Below the pieces are notes generated by a model. That model did no database searches. It worked only from the letters and a program-made list of their open reading frames with translations, and was not told where the DNA came from. This document shows, piece after piece, positions 1-12,835 of a stretch of DNA of 64,000 bases. The position numbers and the translations under genes are program-made. Position 1 is the stretch's first letter; each line of letters begins with the position of its first letter. Source of the stretch: Trichoplax sp. H2 (Eukaryota); assembly GCA_003344405.1 (NCBI GenBank), contig NOWV01000139.1, forward strand, positions 62,001-126,000. The letters are read 5' to 3'.

Positions 1-674
1 TTTCCTCGTATAAAAATTATGATATCTTGGATTACAGTTCTTCAAATTACGATTAAATGATCACTTATAGAGGGTTTAACAGAACTCCACCAGGAAGTTG
101 TTTGATTTTATTCTACTTAAAAGTATTAGCAGTCGGTCGATATAGAGAGTTTAGAGGTAACAGATTCATATGCAACCATGACTGTTAATGCATTAGATTA
201 TTTAAGAAGATAGTCATGATGGAATGGTATAATTTGGGTGAACTTTATTAACTACATAATAGTAGATTTAGTTTAGATACCATATACCGTTGTTTTGCAA
301 TAATCTCATCAGATCGACAATTGGAGAATGTTTACTTTATGAATCAAGGTAGTATATATTCAAAGTATTAAACTTACTGAAAAGTTTTCATGCCTTTTAT
401 TGATGCACTTTTAATCAAACAATTGCAATATCATACCATAAGTCACTACAGTAATCTTATTAATGCCCTTAAATAGAGGAAGCACTTGCTTCATAAACGT
501 AGTTGATACACTGTACTTTAGTTGGGTACTTTAACTGAAGCATCATGTGCCGGCGAATTTAATCTCTATAATTGCTCTATATACAATAAATTCTGTTGCA
601 ATTTAATCGTGATTAATATTCTATCACGAAAGATGGTATACCGCTTCTAATTCAGGATTTAATTTTTGTATTAG

Positions 675-832
675 CTATCGTCTATCCAACGTCTCAGCCA
701 GTATATTTACAGGCTGCACCCGGGGGACACTATACTACAGCTATGAATCCTAATTCAGTAGCACCTACATCAATTCAGCAAGTAGCACCTCCACAATATG
801 GAAATTTACCTCAAACCAAAATATCAAATTAA
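675..832 (+). CDS. Terminal exon of a gene that starts left of the window, probably another MS4A-like array member (Q/P/Y-rich C-tail)
   Basis: Acceptor TTAG ends at 674. Phase-1 frame reads IVYPTSQPVYLQAAPGGHYTTAMNPNSVAPTSIQQVAPPQYGNLPQTKISN*, resembling exon 5 of the downstream paralogues (QYQPAQxTYxQ..PGxYT). A possible upstream exon lies at 313-348. Confidence 0.65.
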
Positions 833-2710
833 GGAGAAGTTTAGTAATACCAATATCGCTTCTTCTTGGAAAACCTTTCCTAAAAAATAGCTACGGACGT
901 GGATTAAGCCTTTTAAAATGTAAGAAACGTAGTATTGGTGTTTAAACTAATTTTCAGGGAGTTTAACTTTTACTATTAAACGAATTAGAATGCGGTAGAT
1001 GCAGGCTTTGCTTACAGTTAAGGGTTCATTCTAGCTGTTTTTATATCATGTAAATAAAGTACTGCAGGTTGGAATATTCTGATTTTGTTGACTGTACTGC
1101 ACATGTGGTATTGGGATTAGTTAATAGGACTAGGAAAGAATTTAATTTATGTATTAAATCTGTGAAAGTGTGTGGTGTAGCCCCCCTCCCCAAATATAGC
1201 TTAGATTACGATTCAAGATTGTACGAAAGGAGGCTAAATTGCGAGCAGGGTTGTAAGACTGCATAAGTGTCTAATTGTGGAAGATATTTACAGTACGTAT
1301 TGCAGTAATTGTATTGAGATGCTTATTTTAAGAATTTGAGATAGTAATAGATAGCGTTAATTATGTTCGTACTATGAGATTTGTATTGTGACGCTTTAAT
1401 TAGAAGCGCGAATTATGAATTGATAGCACGATAGTAAATTTATATATGATTTTGAAACCTAATTGCTAAAATATGATTGTGTTTGAAAGAAAATTATTTT
1501 GTAACTAATTGTATGTAAATTGTGAATATTGCTGTGATAATTCATATAGTCCAGAGATAGTCCTATTGAAGCTAGCTAGTTCTTGGTAGTTGTAATACGA
1601 ACCTAATCTATGTAATAAAGTGAAGTTTACAAGAAACTGCATTTTTGGGTATTTTTGAGAAGACAATTTATCATAACGTGATTTTAAGAATTCTATCTAA
1701 CTGTGAAATCCAACTAGTATTACAGGCATCTTCATTAAGATTAGCCACAATTTTAAATAAAAATTTTACCTCAAGATTTAATCTCGCTCATTTATAATAG
1801 ATTGAAAACTAGTACTAACTGCATTTCTGTTCATCTACGATTAGAAAGATATATTGTAACTTTGTATATCTATTTCAAGCAATAGTTTTAATAGCTCTTG
1901 CAACTTTTAGAATAACATATTTGCTCATTTAATAAATATTCTGCATATAAATATTTCTGATCTACAACCCTTTAATGCTCGCAAATATTTTCATATTATA
2001 ATTATCGAAATTCATTTACAAATTAATATAATTCGAAATTATTTGATGATGATACGGTAGTAGAAGTCATCGTCTATCGAAAGATTTAGTCTGATGCTTT
2101 GTTATTATTTTTATTCACCGAAGCATTCATCTATTACACAATCTAGAGCTTTTTACTGACATTGCTAGAGGGAGAGCGTATAAAAGCATAAATCTTCAAT
2201 TAAATAGATGACTCATATACTTATTCTTGCAAACTCATCCACTTAGATGTGCGATTAATTTTCCTTGAATGAGTTCCGTAACGAAGATTATCCATAAAAT
2301 TCAGTATATTCAGCAATCAGTTTAATCATTATTGCAAAATTTAATTTGCACATTTTAATGGATTTAACAGAATTTGTGGCATATAGAGTGAAATAAAACT
2401 TTAATAATTATAATCGCATCACAAGCTATAAGAACAATTTCCATCAGGTGTTAATAGTACTTATAAGTATTCACTAACTTATAACTGGAATACCCATAAA
2501 TATGTGCATGGAATAATTAGTTAGCTCGTAGATAAAAATTGATACTACTCTTACTTGATTCTATGAAAATTTTTCAGTTAAACTATGCTTACTATTGTCT
2601 TCTACTAGCAAAGTCGAACCGTAGAAATGCACTTTCTTCATGCTCCATAAAACTGATCCATAGACGGAAACGTATACTGAAAGAGACTAAGAATCCATTA
2701 AGTATATACT

Positions 2711-3159
2711 TGTCACAAATCAGCTTCGTGACAAGGATAACGTACAACAAATCTCTAAATTACTAAATTACTATAGTCTCCGGGATTCAGTATCCCTTAA
2801 CTATCTCACAAAAATTTAGACGCCTTTGATTCTATGTTAAACTCAACTAGATAATTGAGAACTACTTTATTCAGCTATCTGACGGGCTTATATACCCTTC
2901 TACAGCAGCTAACATTCACGAGTCCTCTTATAAAATACTTAGGTGAGAATATCTACTAACTAATTTTTCACACTTGTACTACAATATGTCCATTCACAGA
3001 ATCATTTCAGTGCACATTACAGTACAGCATTAAATTTACTGTAACACATTTATGATTAGTGTAATTCCTATTGTAAGTGACTAGTTGTAATATATTATCA
3101 CTATATTATATTAACCAAATTTAGATAGCTATTTCTTCACGGTAGTTCGTACCGTGACA
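2711..3159 (-). mobile_element. Solo LTR, family A (449 bp)
   Basis: TGTCAC...GTGACA termini. Flanks ATACT (2706-2710) and GTACT (3160-3164) form a 5-bp TSD with one mismatch. Near-identical inverted copy at 36292-36727. TATATAA and AATAAA read on the minus strand. Confidence 0.9.
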
Positions 3160-3957
3160 GTACTATATTAAAGAAATAAAAACTCTATTAGAAACTAAAT
3201 CCCTATAATTTGAAGGTTTTTTGATTTGTTACTTATCTAAAATAAACTTAACAAACATACGGCGTTTGTAGAGGTAATTGATAGTGATGGTATCGCTAGG
3301 CATATCACCTTATATATATATTATGACGTTTAACTGACAACTATGACGTTTCTTCCTGTACTTAAATTCAACCATATGGAATTATTAAATATAAATTACT
3401 ACGTGTCAGTGGTGAATGAAATATATCAGCGTGACTGGCCAAGTGCGGTATTAAAATGCATACAATATTGCAACCATATTTTTTTGGACTATTTGAGTTC
3501 ATATTAAACTCCAAGATATGAATGGTTTTGAATTTCAACTATCCTGCTAAATTTCAGGTAAGATGCTCAGATAGAGTATTAATACAATAGCATATACGTG
3601 TATCCCATGTACTGTAATTGAGGTTCCTTAACAAACTAATCGAAAGACTTCAACTCCCTGTTCTGCCATAGGCATTCCATAGCAAAGATGATGAGTTATA
3701 AAATAAATATAATTATTTGTAGGAAGTAGCCTTGATAAATTTTATGAAATTAGCATTTAGCCCTTCTACTAGCATATAATCTGATAGAAAGGTATAACTG
3801 CTAGCAATTACAGCATTGCTTGACTAATTTGCCACTAAAATGTAAATTTGGAATAGATAATATTTGGATAATATAATATCACCTAAATGTCCCTTTTCTA
3901 TTCGAATAGTGTTCATATTTGAAAGTATTTCATTGCCATTGAACCAAGTATCGAATA

Positions 3958-6873
3958 ATGTCGGGTTTATCAAGGCAGCAATACGTGCAACAACCGCAAA
4001 TGATGCTGCAACCAGAACAGCAATTACAAGCAGCCCAGCAGCAACCTCAAATTGAATCACAAGTGCAAAGAATTCAACAATATTCAATGGCACAACAAGT
4101 ACAAACAGAGCAACAGCAACCATCATTGGGACAGCAGATGTACATGCAGTCACAATCAATGTCACAATCTTATCCCATACAGCAATCACACATACAAATA
4201 ACTTATCAGAAACAAGCTGCACAACAAAGTTGCTGCTACTCTTGCTGCTGCAGTAGACCTAGAATTTTGTCGAACCAAATGCATTCCGTCAACTTTAAAC
4301 TTGGTATTTGCATGCTGATTGTTGGCGTAACTTCGCTGGTATTTGGCATTATTGGATTTTTTACCACTTCAGTCTACTACGCAAACGGTCCTTATCATTT
4401 CTATCATTTCAATGCATTGGTCTATATAGGTCCAAATATTTGGGCTGCAGTATTTGTAAGTCCTACTTACATAAAATTAGGACTACTAATGTTACATCGG
4501 TATTTCTTATATTCTTGGGCGTCCCATCATTAAAGCTATCCACCACACTTATGTTTTCTAAACTACAAAATGAACTCTTGCATCCAAATTATACTTTATA
4601 GTTCGATGATCACTCACCTACTCATTATTAAGATATTTATTATGGTAATTATTTACTGCCCTTGAGTGAATATCTAATTAAAAATTATATAGAATCATGA
4701 TCAATGATTCTTGCACAAATAGTTACTTCTAGACAAGATTGTTTAATTTAACTAAGTATTATGACCGTCTGACACTAATCATTTAGACAATGAGAAAAAA
4801 AAATTAATAGGTAATTTGTTTCATTAGTAAGATAGCTGAGCTTCTAAGTAGTGCAATATTTAGTCGAACTCGCTTTAATGGCTAATTAAGATAGCGTAAA
4901 GCACATCAATGCTGCTAATCTTTCCATTAGTGAATGTTAAGCGAACAGATGTTTATTTAAATTGCTTAAAACAATTATTAAGATAGCAGATCGTTTATTG
5001 ATGTATTCTATATGGCTCTAATAGTAAGAGCTAAATCGGCATTCTTAACGTATCAATGGTTCTATTTACCGAGTAATTATCAAGACTTTTTAATTGCCTG
5101 GAGCATTAACTGAATCTTTAATATATTTATTAGTAAAAAATGCCGATAAATTGCATAACCTCAATGATGAGAAATGATTAATATTATACTTATTCGGTTT
5201 TTAAAGAATTGCTATTTATGCAATATTAGATAGGTTTTAAGATAAGTAATCTTCTTATTACAGATTTTTAGAGAGACAAAAATAGAGGACTAGCTGAGGT
5301 TGAATAGTTTTCGTTAGTAAAGTTAGTAATTTTATCAAAGTAAGTTTTAGTTAGGCATAAGTAAATGATTAACTTTTGGCGGCGTTGTAGTCACAAAGAA
5401 TGCTAATCATCTTATTAGTACAATTTTCAGCTAGGTACAGTTAAATAATGAATTAATTGGCATTTCTAAAAATTCCTTTTAAAATTAAATTACAATTTTC
5501 CTCAAAACAATAATTAGTCTTTCATCTTATAAATTCTCCTACAAAATATAAGCATGTATAGTATGTGAGTATCGGATTATATTTTATAGTAAGCCATCTT
5601 TTTAATAATAAAATGATTAAACTATTCTCATTTGAAATTATCTCAATAATTCATCAAATGCGTAATGTTTTCGTCTAATTTACCTTGCAGTACATCATCA
5701 ATGGTGCTCTGGCAACAGCAGCAATTCGAAACAAAACCAACATTCACCTGGTTAGGGATATACCATATTTTGTTATCGCATATACCATTTCTATGATTAA
5801 TTTATTAGTTATAAATATTATTAGTGTATAACTTACCATTTTGCTAGATATGTCTGATTTATAATGATGGCTATTATAATATTGTTAAAAACAGAAAAGA
5901 TAAAACCAGTTGTTACTTACTGTAGTTTACTAGATTCATATTAAATCATCATTGCTAAGTGTTTATATACTTGAACGAGACCGATTTCGTATACGGTCAC
6001 GTTCATACTCGAGGTAACCAACAAATTTATCTTAGACATCATTAATAGCAGCCAAATAAGGATGTTAGAAGTGTTTTAAACATTTTTTCTGACCTAAGTC
6101 AAACCTTAACTTATATTTACTGATAATTATCTATCCGCTTTAGATGAACAGCTTTTATGCCTTTACGATCATGAGCTTTATCTTTTCAATGGTTCATCTT
6201 GGCTTATGTATCGGTACAATATTTATTTATGGCACTAGATCGTCCTTGTGGTATAATACTGTGTCCATTATATTATCTTTCTTTGCACTTTCCATCGCCT
6301 TAACTTTCACAATAATTCTGAGCCGATATATCTATTGCAAGAAAAGCAACTCTGTAAGCAAATAACGAAAATGGCAAATTATGCATTATAAATGCTCCAT
6401 TTTATGGATATCTTAAAGTCTACTTCAGAGGCTTAAATTATTTAGTATTTATATGTGTATTGCAAGTGTACTGCTTGTAAATTCTAGGTTAAATAGCAAT
6501 TTCAGGACCACAATAGAATTATAACATGCACTGAGGCATAACCTTCTTTTAAATTTTGACTATTATTCAATTAATAGAATATACCTGCTGTCCAGTTTTA
6601 TAATCAGCCGGAAGTTGCTCTACCACCAAGGTTGATGCAAGCAGGTAGATAGTTTCTCTTTGAATTACAAGTTTTATCTGTATAGATTAGCAGATATCTT
6701 TAACTTTATTAATTTCTATTTACTCAAATTTATTAGGAACGGCCTATCCTTCTCCAGTCTATAGGAAAGACGAACAAATAACGCCGACTGCATACTATCC
6801 AGGTAATGTAGAAGCCATGTCTAAACCAATTCCACAAGAGCTGCCTCAATACTCTAGTGTTGTAAATCGGTAA
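3958..6873 (+). CDS. CD20/MS4A-like four-TM protein, paralogue 1 (~323 aa, long Gln-rich N-terminus)
   Basis: Exons 3958-4455, 5691-5750, 6144-6353, 6578-6644, 6737-6873, all GT-AG and in frame. Four hydrophobic segments. TM2 GPNIWAAVF|YIINGALA resembles the MS4A GYPxWGxxxYIISGxL motif. Confidence 0.85.
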
Positions 6874-9506
6874 CATAACTGAATGGCATAAAAGAAATAA
6901 ATGATATCATATTTTATCACAAGATTTAAATCATCAACGGTCTTAAGGCTGAATACATTTTTGAGTAACTACCATAGATTACTGGTTAAGGATCTTAATT
7001 TTATGCAACTGAAAATCAAGTAGATCATATAAGCGAATTTCATTTTTTCTTCAATGCTATATACAGTAAATATTTTCTAATTTGAATAATTTGTGTAGCG
7101 ATATATCAAGTATTACTTCTCGGCTATTTAGTTCTAAAATTAAGCAGGGTAACTTATAATTTCTACAAGATCAATACGCAATCTTGTTGATTTAAAATTG
7201 TTTTTGCTTGATGCATTTGATCAAATCGAGGATGATACTACACTGCTTTGTATTTTATTTGATAGTATTAATTTTGGAATGGTTTTAGCTCATACAATAT
7301 AAACGCTCTTTTAGAATACTTTGATTAATAAAAAATACCATTTTTAAGCTCGAATTGTATAATCTTCTATAACTATATTATGTCATGATTGAGTCTGACC
7401 TAAACTGGAAAGTAATCATAATCTGCCGACATAGCTGAGACTAAACTGGGATATGTATGACAGTTCTGTTTTACATGGGAACAAATTTATAAAAAGAAGT
7501 TCGTAGGATGTTCAATTTGGTACAACTATGGTTAGGAAGCTTACCGCTAGTGAACACGGCATCTGCTAAATCCTACTTGAATTTCTCTACCACCAGAGTA
7601 AAAAATAACCAGGAATATCTAAAGCGAAATTTCCTTTATAAGGGGAAAAAGTTCATAATAGGAATTCCGCAGAACTTTCAAAGCGACACAACTTATAGTA
7701 AGAAAGCTGTACACGAACCTTACATTTGCGTAATTTTGCTGAAATTTTAAATTTTGTCATAGACAGTCATGATACTGATAGCTGATTCTTACATAAGCAA
7801 ATTTACCGAGATACAGTAAATATTGGTACGTACTAAGTTAGCTTCAAATCTCAGCAGTACACCGGTGTCTATTTGTATGTTTACTTTTACGGTTTGATAT
7901 TGATTACGAACTGAATTACTTTGAAACAACATAAAACTATATCTAAAACTATGACGGAACTAATTAACTGTTTGTATGTACATTCAAATCTGTAATTACT
8001 ATTTTACAATTATGGAAATGCTTATAGTTTTGGAAATTGTTGATGACCAACTACAGTCCGTCGTTAAAGTTAGTATTAGCTATTTCTTTAATAATTACTA
8101 CTTAAGCTTAGAGCATTACTTATAATTTTCAAAGATTAGACGTTAACAATTTAAACATCATGACTGACAACTAAGAGAACCTAAGTTTAACCAAGAAGGC
8201 AACACTGATAAATAAATAATACGAAAGGAGATTTTCGTTAGTAATGTAGATACAGTTTCTAAATTATAAGTTCACTAAAATTTTAACTCATTCTGGTTCA
8301 CTAAAGTAAAATACAAATTTAAGAGGTACTATTTTTGGATTCGATTGTATAATATGTAGGTAGGCTGGTTTAAGAGCCTATTCTGCAGACATAACTTGAA
8401 AATGATTCATAAATAACGTACAAAAAGCGAAAAAATTTATTAGTGATTGTATAAGGAACACTTTTGTACAATTATAAGTAACTATGCTGATATTTTGATT
8501 AATTTTGTAAATTTGTTTTAAACATAGTCATTTGATAGCGTACTTATGAATAATTTATAATAGAATGTAGAGGTAGAATAGAAGCAAATCAAACTATTGG
8601 TTGAAGTTTATTCTAAAAGATATTCTTATATTCTCTTTTCAGTTCTATATATCTAGGCAAAAATAGTGTTCTTCTACTGCTATGTCAAACGCAAAATTTA
8701 ATATGGGTAATGAAATTTTAAAAATATATTACCTACTTTAGTAATGTTTGCTATATTTATAATACTGCTCTACATTAAAAAATTCTCATATTGCCATACA
8801 TTTTCAGTTGATTCCATAAAACTATTTTACTGAATACAATGAAATTCGTTAAATCTTAAGAATTTAGTTGCCGAGCTACCTACTAGATAAGAATACTTTT
8901 GGATAGGTGAAACCTAATTTGCACCACGATACTCAAGCATATAAGTAGTCCAAAATACAATTCACAAAGTAAGTTAATATTTACTTGCTAGATTTCAATG
9001 AAATCTTAATACTTTAGCTCTGTATTGATGGAAAATGAAGCAGAAAAAAGCTAAACTAGGAGAATTATATAATTTTATATCTTTTAACCTACTTTTACGT
9101 ATCAATCATCTTTCAATGCAAGGCTAAAATATTTTTAAAATTTATCCTATCATGCATCAATATTAGTATTTTACACGTTAATTACCTTTAGAGTAGCTCA
9201 TAAATTGTTTTTTAATTACGCAACTTGTGCTTATATTCTTTCTTTAGTAATACAAAATGCTATCATATTACACAAACTTCACTAGCTAAAGTTATGGCAT
9301 TGATCTGGGCTATACTATTTCATATGGTAAATTTTTACATATCCATATTGAGACTTACAAAAAAGACTATACGTTATTAAATATTGTATACTCACCTAAT
9401 TTTACCTTGCAATTATAATCACTTATTTTTATAATACTGTACATAGCAATTTCTCTAACTGATTGACTTGCTGAAATCATATAAATTTTTTAGATTAGTT
9501 ACTAAC

Positions 9507-10318
9507 CACTGCTATAACTTTATAATAATCTTCTCTTCTTAAAAGTATGACGAAAGCTATACTGAATGTAAAGGCAGATAATGCTATGTTCAATGATATA
9601 AGTTTGTACCAATAGATAGCTCGAGTATATCAGTAAAGCATGAAGCCAGAACTGAGACCAATATGTACACCAGAGAGAATTAAGCTAAGCATGGATGAAA
9701 TTGAAAAGTAATTCATCTATTGAAAATAGCAAGAAAAAATGTTTAAGAATCGGTAAGGAAGGACAACGTAAAAGACTGTTACATTTTATATACTGTAGTG
9801 GTATCGACATCACTCGAACGTACTATTCATACACTATTTTGCTGCTTACAAGACTTAGTTGCAAAGATGCCCCAAATTGCATACTGCAATGAAATATAAA
9901 TGAAGACAAATATTGTAATTGATCATAGGCTTCGTATAATAGCTTAAGGAAAATCCACGCAGGAATAAGTAAAAAACATGCTTAATAAATGGAAACGGAA
10001 ATATATTTTGGGTATGGAATAAGATATAATTGAAAAAAATTCCTTTCAGGAAAATAGTTTTAACATCCAACGAGTAGTGAAAATTCCAATGATCCCAAAT
10101 CCTACACTCGCAACGCCAGTCAGACATAATACGATACCAAGTCTTAACTGAGCGGCATGAAGATGCAAGGGCAAAGATTTCTCGCATGGTATACAACAAT
10201 TTTCATTAATAGCTTCGTCGTGATTAATTATTTGAGGCGTCTGACCTGGTAACATTTTAGTAAGAGTTTTCGTTTCTTGTGCATCTTGGACATATTTCAC
10301 TAGGACAGGAGTAGCCAT
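9507..10318 (-). pseudogene. MS4A-like pseudogene (paralogue 2)
   Basis: Exon 1 from ATG 10318 (MATPVLVKY...CCIP...LGIVLCLTG) stops at 10046 and lacks the DIWxGxF end. Micro-exon 9883-9824 contains TGA at 9827-9829. The 210-nt exon 9716-9507 has an in-frame TGA at 9630-9632 where paralogues encode Gly. Confidence 0.85.
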
Positions 10319-10394
10319 CCTGCTTTGAAATACTTTAATTTTATTGTTAGCTCTACAAGGGTAAATCAAACATAGGTTCCTCATTATATCTTGG

Positions 10395-10982
10395 GTTCAC
10401 AAAACAACTTTCGTGAACGTACCTAAACTAGTCTATCTACTCTTAAGGTTTCCCGACTAACTCCGGAGATCCTCAGTAAAGGAAAACTAACTTATTCCTA
10501 TACCATAGACAACGAGTCCAACGATAGGTTTAGGTTATTAAATATTTTATTACCAGCTATTGCAACTTAGTACCAGTGTACTCTAGCGTAGCCTTCGTGG
10601 AACTCAGATTAAAAAGTAATAATCAAGCTTATATACAGTTTCATATATCACACAAATAAGATCGGTACTAATCTTTGACATTAAATTATAGAATGTACAA
10701 TACAGATCCATACAGGCTTACTATAGATTCGACTAGCTCGAGTGTTACTTATCACTTGTCACAAATTAATATTATTAATTAGCACCTTATTAACTAACAT
10801 AATAATCTTTACAGCTTGACATCTTAATTGCTAACACCATATCCACGCTGTATATTACTAGGATAATTAATAACAAAACTCAATTAACAACTAGGTTGTT
10901 GCCGTGATCGGCAACCTCCATAATAATATTGTTACACATTTTAGATCAAAATATTATTCATTTCGGAGCGAGCTCCGTCACA
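10395..10982 (-). mobile_element. Solo LTR, family B (588 bp)
   Basis: Perfect 5-bp TSD CTTGG (10390-10394 and 10983-10987). The minus-strand 5' end is TGTGACGG and the 3' end is slightly degenerate. Homologous to 13120-13700. The empty site with a single CTTGG is present at ~11448-11452. Confidence 0.92.
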
Positions 10983-11255
10983 CTTGGATATTAGAACAAT
11001 AAATTTCGCACTAAACTTTAGCAGCCTTAATTGAAGTATTTAATTTTTTAGCACCTTTTATCTTACTCAGTGATCGATTTTTATTTGCTGAAATAATGAA
11101 TACTAATCGATTGCGCCAAATACTTGACTATGAATTGATCAAAATAATCCGATCTGCATTGAATAAATAAATTTTGAGAGAAAGGTTTTTGCTTTTTCCA
11201 TACTGACTTTCGATAGACGAATTCTTCATTGTATTTAAACTTTTGATCACGTTGA

Positions 11256-11275
11256 NNNNNNNNNNNNNNNNNNNN
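11256..11275. other. Assembly gap (20 N)
   Basis: Run of 20 N characters. Confidence 1.
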
Positions 11276-11720
11276 TCGTGATTAATTATTTGAGGCGTCT
11301 GACCTGGTAACATTTTAGTAAGAGTTTTCGTTTCTTGTGCATCTTGGACATATTTCACTAGGACAGGAGTAGCCATCCTGCTTTGGAATACTTTAATTTT
11401 ATTGTTAGCTCTACAAGGGTAAATCAAATATAGGTTCCTCATTATATCTTGGATATTAGAACAATAAAATTCACACTAAACTTTAGCAGCCTTAATTGAA
11501 GTATTGAATTTTTTAGCACCTTTTATCTTACTCAGTGATCGATTTTTATTTGCTGAAATAATGAATACTAACCGATTGCGCCAAATACTTGACTATGAAT
11601 TGATCAAAATAATCCGATCTGCATTGAATAAATAAATTTTGAGATAAAGGTTTTTGCTTTTTCCATACTGACTTTCGATAGACGAATTCTTCATTGTATT
11701 TAAACTTTTGATCACGTTGA
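11276..11720. repeat. 445-bp duplicate of 10218-11255 lacking the solo LTR (probable alternative haplotype)
   Basis: Colinear with 10218-10394 plus 10988-11255, with only ~7 substitutions seen. Both copies abut the N gap. Confidence 0.9.
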
Positions 11721-12348
11721 ATAAGGTTTTTATTTCATATTGTTTGCTACTCTCTACCCAGCATTGCAATGGCGATATATGGAAGATAGATTTTGTGTGA
11801 AGGAACCGCAATGCACTTAACTAGCACTGAATGATATATACTGATATTTTCTCTAAATCATGTGATCTGAAGACTCTACAAAAGCCATAATGACTACGAT
11901 CGATACTGTAGATAGGCTTTTAATTAATTTTAATGACAGTCTGAGAAAGATTATTAACAAATCATACAGAATCTATTGAAAAATTAATGAATAAATTCAT
12001 CACAATATATATTTAGGATCATTTCAAAACATTCCACTATATTTCGTTGACAATGCAGCTCATCAATTTTTGACAGATACTTTAAAGACGAAAATATTTC
12101 ATTATTACTAAATTTCTAATTAATCAAGATTTGCTGATATACAATATATATTATTGCTAGGTAATAACTTATTATTTTTACAGCATTTTTCTTCATTTTC
12201 AAGTATAATTCTTTAAGTACATGTCATTAAAATGATAATGTGATTGCCATGCTGTCAGTATTTAATAACAAACGCATTAAAAATTCCGTTTTTCTTTTCC
12301 TTGACTCATTGCTAACAGACAAAAAGCAATAGTAGCATGGATGCTAGC

Positions 12349-12835
12349 TGTCACGGTACGAACCACCATGAAGAGTTAATAACTAAATTAGTGTTTAACA
12401 TTTATATATGGACTAATAATGACTTATAGTAAGAACTACGGTAGTTATTATTTTGTTGCAGTAAATTATGCTATTGCAGTAAGAGATTTCATAAGGTAAC
12501 TAATATGAATTGATTATATTGTTATGTCTTGTAACGCTTGTGATGAATATCCTGAAGATATTCAATTATAGATAATACATACCATAAATAATTCTGTGTG
12601 TGGACATACTGAAGTCTAATTATCTAGAATCGTTCAGTACATGTCCAAAATTATGAATAAAGTCTTTATTAATTTAGCTAACCAATATGAGCTGAATTTT
12701 ATGAACTGTTATGACTCATACATGATAGCTGTTGCCGAAGGGTATTTAAGCTCGGCAGATAGTTGAATAAAAGAAGAGTTTTATAGTTGTTTTAACGTAG
12801 AAGCAAAGGTGTCTAAATTCTTATGCGGTAGCTAC
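12349..12835 (+). mobile_element. Diverged family-A-related LTR, 3'-truncated
   Basis: Begins TGTCACGGTACGAAC like 36292. Retains the GAAGGGTATTTAAG, GAATAAAA and TTTAACGTAGAAxCAAAGGxGTCTAAATTCTT blocks, then loses the last ~85 bp of the LTR. Confidence 0.8.

Noticed and set aside
1150-1631. G/T-rich TG...CA segment with AATAAA as a possible LTR
   Set aside because: No TSD or second copy was found. It is more simply the 3' UTR of the edge gene.
3824-4222. 132-aa hydrophobic minus-strand ORF
   Set aside because: Antisense shadow of the CAA/CAG-rich exon 1 of paralogue 1.
11128-11442. Apparent extra MS4A-like ORF
   Set aside because: Chimeric across the N gap and part of the duplicated haplotype segment.
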